A model generated the notes under the pieces. It had not been told where the DNA came from. It did no database searches and saw only the letters and a program-made list of their open reading frames with translations. The position numbers and the translations under genes are program-made. From Takakia lepidozioides (lineage: Eukaryota; Plantae; Bryophyta): a stretch of 64,000 nucleotides of DNA. This document shows, piece after piece, positions 1-11,742 of the stretch (position 1 is its first letter; each line of letters starts with the position of its first letter). The stretch is from positions 74,276,001 to 74,340,000 of the forward strand of contig CM060733.1 of assembly GCA_030704615.1 (NCBI GenBank), given 5' to 3'.

Positions 1-570
1 GGCTCCCAAAATGGCTAAGTCCCTAGGGTGGCTGGCACCAAAAACCGAAATTCGGCGCCATTTTTCCAATTCCAGGGCCAGTCAATTCAGGGACTTAGCC
101 ATTTCCAGGCTGGACCTGGGAAAATGGCGCCGAATTTCCAGTTCAGGGCTCCCAAAATGACTAAGTCCCTAGGGTGGCTGGCACCGAAAACCGAAATTCG
201 GCGCCATTTTTCCATTTCCAGGGCCAGTCAGTTCAGGGACTTAGCCATTTTCGGGCCGGACATGGGAAAATGGCGCCGAATTTCCAGTTCAGGGCTCCCA
301 AAATGACTAAGTCCCTAGGGTGGCTGGCACCGAAAACCGAAATTCGGCGCCATTTTTCCAATTTCAGGGCCAGTCAGTTCAGGGACTTAGCCATTTTCGG
401 CCCGGACCTGGGAAAATGGCTCCGAATTTCCAGTTCAGGGCTCCCAAAATGGCTGTCCCTAGCGTGGCTAGCACCAAAAACCGAAATTCGGCGCCATTTT
501 TCCAGTTCTAGGCCCAGTCAGTTCCGCCCCAATCTGGGAAAATGGTGCCGATTTTCCAGTTCAGGGACCT
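1..570. repeat. 146-bp tandem repeat (~3.9 units) with internal inverted GGCGCC-centred motifs; lies in an intron of the MTase-bearing gene
   Basis: Units start at 1, 147, 293 and 439 (GGCTCCCAAAAT...). Each contains GAAATTCGGCGCCATTTTTCC and its inverse GGAAAATGGCGCCGAATTTCC. A TGCAG| acceptor follows at 595. Confidence 0.9.
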
Positions 571-595
571 CATTCTGTGTTTTTCATGAATGCAG

Positions 596-2943
596 GTACT
601 GCAAGTTCTCCCTTTTGGAGAAAGGTCATCTGTCTTTTGAGCCACCATTCTTCCTGGCATGGAGGAACCCTGGGGCTGACTCCATGTACACTGATGTTAT
701 TGTGAAGGAGTGGCATCTGGAACATTTGCGTGATTGCCCTTGGTATGTGGACCTTCTGCCCGGCTCGCTCGACCCATCCGAGTTTCAATTGAAGCTGGAT
801 GCTGAGGCCTGACGAAACCGGGCTCCGCTGCCTCCGCTGGGTCCAAAAGAGGCAAAAGCGCTTGTGAACTCCAGGAAAGCGGCAGAGCTTGCTCAGGCAG
901 GAATTCATGAGAAATTGAATGAGAAGAATAAAGGCCAAAGGAAAAGGACAAGGAAACAGGTGAGTACAGTAACACCCAAAAAACAGAAAACCATCGGGGC
1001 ATCGGAGGAGGCGCAGGAGGGGACCCAAGGGAGTGACTCGGACAACGACTTTGTTCAAGGTCCTACAACTGCTGCTGCTGCTACCAAGTCACCGGTCGTC
1101 CGGGTTCCCAAGTCAGTTCGGAGTGGGACTGGCTCTGCCAAGAAGTTGGCATTTGAGGGCGAGCCTACACGGCGGTATTCGGCGGTGACGTTTATGCACA
1201 GGCCAAAGCTAGAACCTCCAACCATCATCCAATGCGTTAATGAGAGCTTCCTTGACGCTCTCGCTGCTAGGGCGAAGAAGGTGGCACACAGCAAGTCTCT
1301 GGCGGAGCAGAAGGGGAAAGCCAAGAAGAGGGCTGCTGGTACAGAGCCTAAAGACACCCCTGGTTTTGAAGCCATGATGGAATTCTTCACAGCTGTGAGC
1401 ACGGATTGCAAGAGCACTCGGGGGGGGGGGGGGGGGGGGGTGAGGTGGAGAGAGCTTGCGATATGATTCTCCTCGACATTCCAGATGGGGAGCTGCTGGA
1501 GGGCCTGGATGGTGTGCCCAACTGGAACAGGTTTACTGAGGACTACTGGAAAGCTGGGTTTGGGCTGGCGGGGATGCTCCTGGATGACGGTGGATGTGTG
1601 GTTGTCCTTGCCACAAGAGGGAAGACCACAGAGAATGCGGTGGCAAGATGGAAACCGAAAAGTGTCACCCCGGTCCTCCTCAAAAAATGAATCTGCATCA
1701 ATACACAGGGGTTGCGAACAGAGGGCCAAAGTGTAAGTTATCAATCTATTGCATTCACCTCATATTGTGGTGTATATCTAAACTAGATCCCGGAGTTGAT
1801 CCCTCTTTTGTTGGATGTGCAGACATTGGTGTTTGAGGCATATTGCTTTGTGAAGAGAGGGTCTACGTTCGAATTCCGCAACGACGGTCGTCTTGTTGAT
1901 GCCGCTGTGGACCCTGTAACCTACGATGTCCTCTACAACTATGTGCCCCACTCCAGTATGCCGAAGGACACAAAGACAGGCAAACCGTGGCGGTACAGCC
2001 GGACCCGGAGCCCTGCTTTCATCCAAACCCTCATGGAGACGTGCTCGGATGTCCAAGGGCGGATTCTTGACCTCACATGTGGCACGGGTAAGCCTTCACG
2101 TGCTCAGTTTGTCCCCTGGCCCGATTGCAATTGCATGCTGCAAGCTATTAACCGCCCGCTTTGTTCCTCAGGTGCTTCAATGTGGGCAGGGACGTTGTTC
2201 GACAGGCATGTGTTCGCCTTCGAGCCAGATACTACCCTCCACAACTCGGAACTTGCAGCGGCTGAACGTCTGCCCAAGAGGATGAGGAAAAATCCGAGAA
2301 GGAGCAGGGGGAGGAACAAGTTGGGATCAAGGCCGAGGAGCCCCCGGTTTACGAGTGAGTGGTCGCATTGTAAGTTGTCTCTAGATTTCGTGAGGCACCT
2401 CCCTTTGCTCTCTTATTTCATTGAAAACCCTTTCTGCTTCTGCTGGTATTGACATTCTTGAAGTGGATTTGTTCTTACTGTAGGATGCCAAGTACTGCCG
2501 GAGGGACGTCTACACCGGAGTTCATGGGCAGGAGGAACGTGCCTTTTTTTGCCAGGGGGGATTTCATGCCTAGTCCAGAAAGGGACTACATCCTTCCTAC
2601 TTATGCTGCCCGGCTTGCTTCGGTGTCCATTAGGAGGTCTTCCGAACCTAGTCGTGTACAACAGATTTTAGACGAGGCAAGCCTCAAGAAAATGAAGATG
2701 AGGGAAGAGGCAGCAGATATTAGAGCCCGTCGGGCTCGTAGATTTGTCTTGGATTCTGCTGAGGAAAGTGGGGGAGAAGAGGCAGAAGATTCCCAGGAGG
2801 TGAGGTGGACAGTCCCCCAAGGAGAGGACGGAATTTTTGAGAGGCATAGTGCAACCCATGCATCACAGAGCTCGGAGGATGGGGGGGATGAGGGGGATGA
2901 GGAAGAAGGAGGGCCAAGTTCCTCGGAAGGTGTAGGAGAGTAG
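596..2943 (+). pseudogene. 3' part of a multi-exon transposon cargo gene ending in an amino-(N4C/N6A) DNA methyltransferase-like domain and an acidic tail
   Basis: Exon from 596 (YCKFSL...HLRDCPWYVD), low-complexity linker, then DMILLDIPDG (~1460). Intron ~1733-1822, then RSPAFIQTLMETCSDVQGRILDLTCGTG. An 84-nt GT-AG intron (2088-2171) is followed by ASMWAGTLFDRHVFAFEPD. Stops and frameshifts present (810, poly-G at 1420-1440, 1688). Confidence 0.75.
1445..2235 (+). other. beta-class N6/N4 DNA methyltransferase-like domain (motif IV ... motif X-I-II)
   Basis: The order motif IV-like (ILLDIPD, cf. xxxDPPY) ... TRD-like spacer ... (K/R)P/S-x-hh..Lh...S...G.hLD..xGxG.. A....R.h.h.E.D matches the N6_N4_Mtase family pattern. 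Confidence 0.7.
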
Positions 2944-3096
2944 TTCCCATTCCTGCTATGTCAGTTAGGACACACTTGTATAGACGTGGCTTGCCACAAA
3001 ATTTGCAATAAAATGTTGCATTTCATTGCTATGACGAGTCCACATAACCCTATTTCCGTGCCTCCTAACCCTATTTCCGTGGACACACAATGGCCC

Positions 3097-3152
3097 GCTC
3101 ATGCTTTTTTTTTTTCCGCTCATGCTCATGCCGCTCATGAAATAGCAGCCCC
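3097..3152. repeat. Putative right terminal inverted repeat of the MULE-like element carrying the MTase gene
   Basis: ...GCTCATGCTCATGCCGCTCATGAAATAGCAGCCCC, nearly identical to the ends at 7500-7536 and (inverted) 23863-23900. The sequence switches abruptly to PPR-derived DNA afterwards. Confidence 0.6.
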
Positions 3153-3585
3153 CCCCTGGCAGCTCTGGAAAAGGGGAAGGAGGTCTGTGGTGACATCTTC
3201 AGAGCTGGAATTGTACCAAATGTCATTCTGAACAATACCCCAGTGGACATGTATGCTAAATGTGGGTGCATCGGGGATGCAAAGGGAGTGTTCAACACTA
3301 TGGCTAAACGAGATGTGGTATCGTGGAGTACGATGCTTACAGGGTATGCACAGCACGGACGTGGGATGGAGGCTTTGGAGACCTATGAGCAACTGAAGGG
3401 GGAAGGGGTCCAGCCCAGCCACATCATGTTTGTATGCATTGCAAGCCTGGCAGCCCTGGAGAAGGGCAAAGAGGTGCATGGGGATATCATCAAAGCTGGA
3501 ATTGGACCTAATGTCATTCTAAACACTGCCCTGGCAGCTCTGGAAAAGGGGAAGGAGGTCCATGGTGACACATTCAGAGCTGGCG
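3153..3585 (+). pseudogene. PLS-class pentatricopeptide-repeat gene fragment
   Basis: VDMYAKCGCIGDAKGVFNTMAKRDVVSWSTMLTGYAQHGRGMEALETYEQL...ALEKGKEVHGDIIKAG; frameshifted and truncated at both ends. Confidence 0.8.
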
Positions 3586-4725
3586 CCGAATTTCCATCCT
3601 GCAGGTATTTCATCGCTGAGAATTACCTTCCTGCAGGTAATTCTGAGCGAGGAATTACCTTCCTACCTTCGTCGATAAGAATTACCTGCAGGAAGGTAAT
3701 TCATCGCTGAGAATTACCTGCAGGAAGGTAATTCATCGATCAGAATTACCTGCAGGAAGGTAATTCTCAGCGATGAAATACCTGGCGAATGGAAATTCGG
3801 CGCCGAATATCCATACGCCAGCGATCCGACTTACCTGCTGGATGGAAATTCGGCGCCGGATTTCCATCCATCCGGGATTCAACTTACCTGCTGGATGGAA
3901 ATTCGGCGCCGAATTTCCATCAATCCGGGATTCGAATTACCTGCAGGATGGATATGCGGCGCCGGATTTCGATCGATCCGGGATTTCACTTACCTGCTGG
4001 ATGGAAATTCGGCGCCGGATTTCCATCCATCCGGGATTGCACTTACCTGCTGGGTGGAAATTCGGCGCCGAATTTCCATCCGGGGGCTGGTCTCTGTCGG
4101 AGAGGTGCCGGCCTCTCCGCCGCTCTGTTGGATATTCGGTGCCGAATTTCCGTCCGGCGGTTGAAATATGACGGCCAGGTGCCGACCTCTCCCCCCTCCC
4201 CAACCGCATTGGAACGGCCCCGGATTGAAATTCGGCGCCGTTTTCCCATCTGGGGAGGTTTTTATGTCGGCCAGTTTTCAGTCTGACACCCCGACAAGAC
4301 TTCCTTGGGGGGGCCCGGATGGAAATTCGGCGCCGAATCTCCATCCAAGGGATGCTCTCTGTCGAACACGTGCCGACCTCTACGCCCGAGGCGACTTCAT
4401 CCGGGCGTCCCCTGTTCGATATTCGGTGCCGAATTTCCGTCCGGGGGTTGAAATGTGACGGCCAAGTGCCGGCCTCTCCCCCTCCCCGACTGCATCCGAA
4501 CCGCCCCGGATGGAAATTCGGCGCCGTTTTTCCATCTGGGGATGTTTTTATGCCGGCCAGTTTTCGGCCTGACCCCCCGACACGACTTCCTTTACCTGCT
4601 GGATGGAAATTCGGCGCCGAATCTCCATCCAGGGGATGTTCTCTGTCGCACACGCGCCGGCCTCTGCGCCCGAGGCGACTTCATCCGGGCCTCCCCTGTT
4701 GGATATTGGGTGCCGAATTTCCATT
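3586..4725. repeat. Array of palindromes (GAT)GGAAATTCGGCGCCGAATTTCC(ATC) upstream of transposase copy 1
   Basis: The 22-28-bp perfect or near-perfect palindrome recurs at ~53-60-bp spacing (e.g. 3894-3921, 4318-4346). A preceding GAATTACC..GGTAATTC hairpin sub-array spans 3600-3780, and a ~300-bp higher-order unit spans 4050-4725. Confidence 0.9.
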
Positions 4726-5028
4726 CGGGGGTAGTAATGTGAGGGCACGGTGCCGGCTTCTTCCCTTCAGCCGTCATCATCCGGACGGCCCCCCACTTTC
4801 TGACTGCATACCGTTGGCAGTTATTGCGCAAAGACCAGGGGCCGCATTCCGGAGACAAGGTTCATTAACACTCTGACTGTGGATTTTTGAGATAGTTGGC
4901 TCCCTGGATTTGGATCAGGCTTCGTCGCTCGGACAAATCGGCATCGCATTCATTCCCATCGCTGCATCCCCCTTCTACCAGGGAGCTTCCCCGCACTCCA
5001 TCCTGGGAGTCTTGTGTGCACATCTCCC

Positions 5029-7115
5029 ATGGCGGAAAACCCGAGCGCTACAGTGTACTGCCCTCCTCACGAGCATAGAGATTCATTTCCGTGCAGAGGG
5101 GACACCTGCCGGGTGATGGAGAAATATCTGTGCGTTCGATACCACCTGAAACCGGGGTCGGTTTTTTTGGAGGAGGAAAGGAAGGACTCTAACGGCCTTG
5201 TTGTCGAGAGTATTGTTGTGCTCCACGATGATTTCGGCGTGGCAGGGAATGGCGAGTTCCACCATTGGACAGCGTCATATACAGGGCTGTTGGGGACTTC
5301 ATTTGCCCGCCAAATGCACCTTCTATCCTGGCGCCTTCCACGAAACAATCCGCGAATCAGAGAGTGGCTACCTCAAAGAGAGAAGTCCGCAACGAAGTAA
5401 ATCCAGAGCCGAACCCATCCATGAAGACGAGCCAGAACCGGGTTGTTCACAACCTGTCCGACTCAGACGAGGTCATGGAAGTTCCGAGGTCGTCCTGGAG
5501 ATCAGGCAAGTCCTCAATGGACGTCAGTGGAGGAGGGAATCATATTCCCAGCACGAGCACCGCAGTTCGATCTATTCTTGAAATTCTGCGAGGGCTTCAC
5601 CTGGAGGGACACCGGTCGGAGTTGGCCGGGCTGGACTACAGCAAGTTCGCAATTAAATTGGTTACATGCCTTCCCGCCGACGTCGACGGTAATATCTTCT
5701 TTGAGTTCCCTCCTCGGGCGGACTACTCGAGGGCGTCCGGAATGTTGACAGATATGGATAGAAAACATGACGGTCATCCTTGGTGCGTTACCAAAACCAC
5801 CAGCATGAAGATGCTCGATGGTGTGCGGGTGCGCTACGTTGTTTGTGCGGGCGCGTTGCGGTGTTTCTCCCCAACTTGCTTCCACTTTAAATCCAGAGGT
5901 CACAGGAACGAGACCGATTGGACAGGCACAGCTCATCAACCATTTCGAGCTCAGGAGAAGGTTCCGAACTCCACATTTAAGTGTGCGCATTGCAAAGAAC
6001 CACCACACTGCATGTCTGTTTGTAATGCCAAGCAGTTCTATGTGTTGCACCGTTTCCCTGACCTCACCCGAGCTTGCATACACGTTGGTTCCCATTGTCA
6101 CAAATTGGCGAGGGGGAACTCACGGGAGGCTGCCCACGAAGCAGAGCAGCTCGTTCAGGAGGAGGTTAAGTTGAGACCGGGTGCCAAACCCAAACAGATA
6201 CAGCTCCAAGCCGCCCATAAGATGGCATTGGCCAGAATTATGTCGGAAGACGGCTCCGATAGAGTTCCTCTCGACGAGAAGGAAATGGAGGCATTGCTGG
6301 AGTCGGTGTCCCACGTATGTTCACCGAATGTCCGAAACCACATTGTCTCATGCAAACAGAAAATTGGGCGTGGCTCGGATATGCACTCCATTATGGAGGT
6401 GAAGCGACGATGTGGATATGACTACATTCATGGAAGTAGGTTTCCAGGACAAGGGACTGAGGCAGATCGTTGTTTCGTATTCAAAATGTCCACGTGTGGA
6501 CCTGGCAGCGGCGTCGAACTGGTTGACAGGATGACGAGTAGGAACTTGTCAAACAGTTGGGTCATGTTCGACCATATCAAGTGAATTACAAATCACCAGT
6601 GGGTGACAATGGGTGCACATGTCTATGACACCCACTGCAGGATGCTAATGACAATTGCTATTTGTGAGATGAAAGGAGAGGACACACAATCGGAGATGCT
6701 TCTTTGGCAGGGAATAAACGAACAGATGGCCAAGGCGGGATTGCCCCCTCCGAATTTCCGTGGTTTCATGGCGGACAACGCACAAGCAAATTGGGCTGCC
6801 ATCCGAAGGGTGTACGGGCAAGACCCCAATGTTCCCATGGAAGGCAAGGAGAGATCTTGTGGGTTCCATTTTCTGCAAAGCCTTTCGCAGTACACAACCA
6901 GGCTCGTGGCGCCAGATTTCAGAGAGGAGCACCGTTCCATGTGCCTTGCGTGGAAGCGCGCTCCTACCTTGGATGATGCAGAGACACAGTTTGCATGCAT
7001 ACGGGCTTGGTGGACATCGTCAGGTGTAGTAAGGAAATCAGATGAGGGAGCAATGGTCAGTTGGCTAGCATGGTGGCATTATCGTTTCCTCCAGTTCGGC
7101 GACTATATGCGGGAG
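5029..7115 (+). pseudogene. MULE-like transposase copy 1 (GCM/WRKY-like Zn region + DDE core), truncated at conserved intron
   Basis: DGHPWC...CAGALRC..PTC, CAHC...C...H.G.H.H, MFDH, FMADNAQAN, CGFH. Frameshift at ~5270, TGA at 6582, donor GTGAGT at 7116. Confidence 0.85.
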
Positions 7116-7126
7116 GTGAGTTGCAC

Positions 7127-7536
7127 GTCCGAACATGCTAAGTCCGAACATGCACTGGAAAAATGGCGCCGAATTACCTGTCATGATGGGACCTATAGCC
7201 GCAGAATTCGGCACCATTTTTCGCCAGAGAGACCTATTACCGCGAAATACGTCGCCGTTTTTCAGGTTACGGACCCTATTACCGCGAAATTCGGCGCCAT
7301 ATTTGCACATGTCGCTGGGAATTGGCATGAGCGGAAGACGAAATATCATGAGCACAACTGTCAAAACTGCAATTTTCCCTTCAAGGGGCCGAATAATATA
7401 TTTGTTTTTCCTGACACATTGCATTAAATTATTGTTTTTATTGTTTTTTATTTTTGAAATTTGTACTTCTGCTCATGAAAACCGATTGTCTTACTACTCC
7501 GCTCATGCCGCTCATGCTCATGAAATAGCAAACCTC
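7127..7536 (+). mobile_element. Element terminal segment (GGCGCC-motif repeats, T-rich tract, TIR)
   Basis: Near-identical inverted copy of 23863-24300; ends GCTCATGAAATAGCAAACCTC. Confidence 0.75.
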
Positions 7537-8102
7537 GTTTTACATGCCTTAACATTGGAATGAAGCTGACCCTTCTGCCGCGATTGAACCAATAGAGTCT
7601 GCACCAATAGAATCTGTAGTACTTCACAATCCTGTCATCTTCGGGTATTCGGCGGGAAAGGTTTGCGACTCAACTGGGAAATGTGGTGCCGCATTAGGGT
7701 TCGCACGTGCGAAATTTCAGGGGAGTTTGGTGTTGGCGACGGTCGGCTCCCTGAAGGCTGGGTGCGACTATCTTGCTATGACGAAGGCTGCATCTACCAG
7801 TACCTACGACATTACTTGGAAATGCGGCGCCGCATTTCCTTACCAGGGGTCGAATGAGGAAAGCAAAGTTTGGGAGAGCAGGAAAACAGGAACCCTCCAA
7901 CAAACAAAAATACAAGCACGTGGAAACAGAAGTGAATGACATAGTATTATCTTAGTTCGAGCAAAACAGGTTACTGGTAGGCAAGACATAAGTCGGACCT
8001 TTCTGTGGCCAGACTTAGAGGTACTTGCAGCAGTATAGTTCTACTATAACTGAAACTCCAAAAAGGATGGGCGTACCATTGTGTGGGGACCGCAAGCCAA
8101 GC

Positions 8103-11100
8103 TCACTGGTCCCCTGGATCCATATTCAGAAGAGTGTGCACCTCTTGGGGGCTCAACCCTGGTGCATGTATGAAGTGATGAGTTGTGGAATTACACCGGA
8201 GTCTCTTTAGGTACACGTAGTACAGATGCTTGCAAGGGCAATATGATGCCCCCTTGTTCGCCATGATCTGGAAGTCGGTGCAATTGTAGGTGGGTAATTC
8301 TGAAATGGTGATGGTGTACACCTCATTGTGAACAGCTGAGCCTGCCGTGGCCATTTGATACACACGCCCGAAGCCGGGTGGGGGCACTTCTGTCAAGCTC
8401 TGGATTGTACAGTTCATCCGAAGTGCATTCCCCATCTTTGTCTCGTTCACTTTTGAGGGAGGTCGCCGCCTCTTCGGTTTCCCCCAACGGTGTATAGGAT
8501 GCTTAGAGCTGTTGTGTCCCATTGTTCTTGCTCTCACAGGGGTCGGTGGTGGAGGCTGTGGAAGCGGAAATGGTTGTCTGGGGACATCAGTGCACTGCAC
8601 CATCCGAAATCCTGCGGCGGTAAGGGCGTCGGCCTCAACTTGACTCAAATCGCAGCCTGGTTCCACCGGCCACACCGGGGGAGCCTCTGGCATTGTTTGT
8701 ATGCCGTACTTGGGTTTTCCATACACGCAAGTCATAATGTCGTGCCTGCAGAACCAAAACTGGGTGGTTGTTGCCTCCGCAAACTTTGCATGGACAAATC
8801 TTCCTGTAAAAGTAGGAGCAGGGACAGCCCCATCTGGATTCCTCCTTATCATCTCTAAACAACGTTGCCGTGTATCCACTCGAATTGCGGAACGCCTGTC
8901 TCGAAACGACGGCTTTGTGCGAGCAATTCTCCACTGTGACGCAGACACAATCGTCTCCACAATGGCTTGGCCATACTGCATAACAGCGGGCGGAATCTGG
9001 GGCAAGCAAGCGGTGGGAATTTCTCGCACAGAATGCCCGCTTGAAGGCGATGGCGATCTGGAATTTCTTGGGCTTCCACTGCTGGAAGACACATTGTGCG
9101 GCAACATGACGGGACCTCGAGGTGCTGTCCAAATGTTCCTGTCGGATCTCCAGGAATCCTCTTCGCACCCGGGTTCCTCTTCAATCCTCCGCCTCACAGG
9201 GCAAGTACGGACGTCCAGGTGTTCACCTCTGCGGTGCAGAGGCGTCCCTTTGATCTTCTCTCGCAATGTTGTCGCCCATTTCAGTGGATTCTTCGACCTC
9301 GAAGCTGTTCGTACCAACAATTCCTCCCTGTCCGGCCCAAAGCCCCATTGTTTCCCGGTCAGGAACTTGTAGTACGTGGCTTGCTGCATGATTGCTCGGT
9401 CGATGTCCTCTGTTGTGGCCGTCACTACGTCCACCAGATGTGCGGCATAAGACGCTTGCCAGGAGGAGTGGACTGATTCTGCCATATTTGTGTTCGGCAT
9501 GTCCGTGTCGGAATCCAAGCACCGCTCCTACAAGGACACAAACAATGGTGAGGGACCAATGGAAAGGTCCGTAATAGAAAGACAATTGCATGAAAATGAC
9601 AGCATCATACCTCCCGCATGTACTGTCCGAACTGTCGATACCGAAAATGCCACCACCCCAACCAGCTGTGCAAGGCTCCCAGATTGGTTGTCTCCACTGC
9701 ACCTGACGTATTCCACCAAGCCTTGATGATAGCAAACTTAACCTCTGCGTCATCAAATGTAGGTGCATCCTTCCACGCCGTACAAAGGACACGGTGTTCA
9801 GCCTGGAATGAGCTAGCAACAAATTTGGTAGTGTAGTGAGATAGACTCTGCATCCAATGGAATCCACAGGATCTCTCTTTCCCCTCCATTGGAACATTGG
9901 GGTCCTCACCGTACACACGCTGCATCGCTGCCCAGTTGGCCTGAGCGTTGTCTGCCATGAATCCCCTGAAATTGGGCTCTGTCAATCCCGCCCTTGCTAT
10001 CTGCTCGTTTATGCCCTCCCACAGATGCATCTCCGACTGTGTGTCCTCCCCTTTCATCTCGCAGATTGCAATTGTCATGAGCCTCTTGGAGTGATAGTCA
10101 TAAACATGCGCACCCATAGTCACCCACTGATGGTTTGTAATTCACTTGATGTGATCAAACATCACCCAAACATTCGACAAGTTTCCAGTTGTCATGCGAG
10201 TGACCAAGTCGACTCCACTCCCAGGCCCACACGTCGACATTTTAAAAATGTAACAACGATCGGATTCGCTGCCTTGCCCTGGAAACTTGCTACCTTGGAT
10301 GTAGTCATATCCAGTCATTCGTTTCACCTCCAGGATTGAGTGCATGTCCGACCCCCAGCCGAACTCCTGCTTGCAAGATACGATGTGATTCCGCACATTT
10401 GGACTACAAACGTGTGAGACGGACTCCAACAGGTCAAGCATCTCCTCTTCGTTCAAGGGCACTCTGTCTGAACCATCTTCAGACATGATTTTTCCAAGAG
10501 CAATCTTGTGGGCTGCCTTCAGCTGAATCTGCTTTGGTCTGGCTCCGGGGCTCAATTTCACCTTCTCTTTTATGATGTCGTGTGCTTCCTGCATAGCCTC
10601 ACGCATGTTGCCTCTCGCCAAGGGGTGGCAGTGGACCCCAACGTGTATGCAAGCTCTAGTCAAGTCCGGGAGCAAATGGATTACGTAATATTGCTTGGCT
10701 CTGCACATGGACATGCACGTCGGTGGTTCTTTGCAATGTGCGCACTTGAAAGTACCCGCAGGAGCTTGGCTGGAGACAATGAATGGATGATGGGTTGTGC
10801 CAGTCCAATCCGTCTCGTTTCTCTGCCCTCTTTTGGAGAGAAAGTGGAAGCAGGCGGGATTGAGGCACCTCAGCTTCCCCGCACAGAGGATGTATCGTAC
10901 ACGAACACCATCAGCAAATTCGTGCTACTGGTCTTCGTCACACACCAGGGGTGTCCGTCATGCTTTCGATCCATGTCTGAGGCTTTGTTTGATGAAGTAA
11001 CAGGTGGAAACTCGAAGATGACATTGCCATCGACTTTGGGAGGCAGATACGTTACCTTCCTGACTGGAAATTTGGCATAGTCGAGAGCAGCCAGCTCGGA

Positions 11101-11691
11101 ACGAGAACCATCGAGGTGATGTTGCCGTAGGAGCTGCACAATGGACCGGGTTGGAGTTATGCTCGAGGATACATGCGTATCACCTGCAGAGACGTCCATG
11201 TCGGATTTGAACGACCGTGTGGAGGACATGGGGACCTCAATGCACTCATCTTCCTCGTCGGAAATGTCGAATACGTCCACACGAGAAGCTATGGAGGGTC
11301 TTGACGGTCCAGGTCGGGAATGATTATCGTTGCATACCTCTCTGTTGGGAGTGGCCGCCTGTCGGTTTCCCGACTCCTTTGTGGATGATGTGGGCAGCGA
11401 CTGATTCGGAAAGGGAATGGGCATTCCCACAGCTTGGTACAGGATGGTGTCTGATGGGGGTACGTGCCATTTGATTCCGCAACCTCCGTCGTTACCTAGC
11501 ACAACAATGGTCTCGTCAACCTGTCCAGGAACATCATTCCTTTCTTCTTCCAAATAAATTGTGCCCGGTTTGAGCTTGAATTTGGAACAAAGGTAAGTTT
11601 CAGTCACTCTGCAAAGTCCTCCCTCGTTTGGGATCCAGGCTCTCCCAAGTTGCGGAGGACAACAAACTATAGCGTAGGAATTCGGAGCCAT
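8103..11691 (-). pseudogene. MULE-like transposase copy 2, full length with SWIM, disabled
   Basis: ATG at 11691. Same motifs as copy 1, with a phase-0 intron at 9528-9610. Exon 2 has NMAESVH (catalytic E) and a C-terminal SWIM-like (Y)NCTDF...CKH. Frameshifts at ~10900-10750, TGA at 10142. Confidence 0.88.
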
Positions 11692-11742
11692 CGAAGACCG
11701 CACGAAGTTGGCAAGTGTCAGGTTTAGTATAGCGACAGACCA

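Noticed and set aside
28-570. Repetitive ORFs (MAGTENRNSAPFF..., also MEIRRRIS... at 3773-4876 and MRCRIS... at 19301-20788)
   Set aside because: These are translations of tandem palindromic DNA, open in several frames on both strands, with no protein signal.
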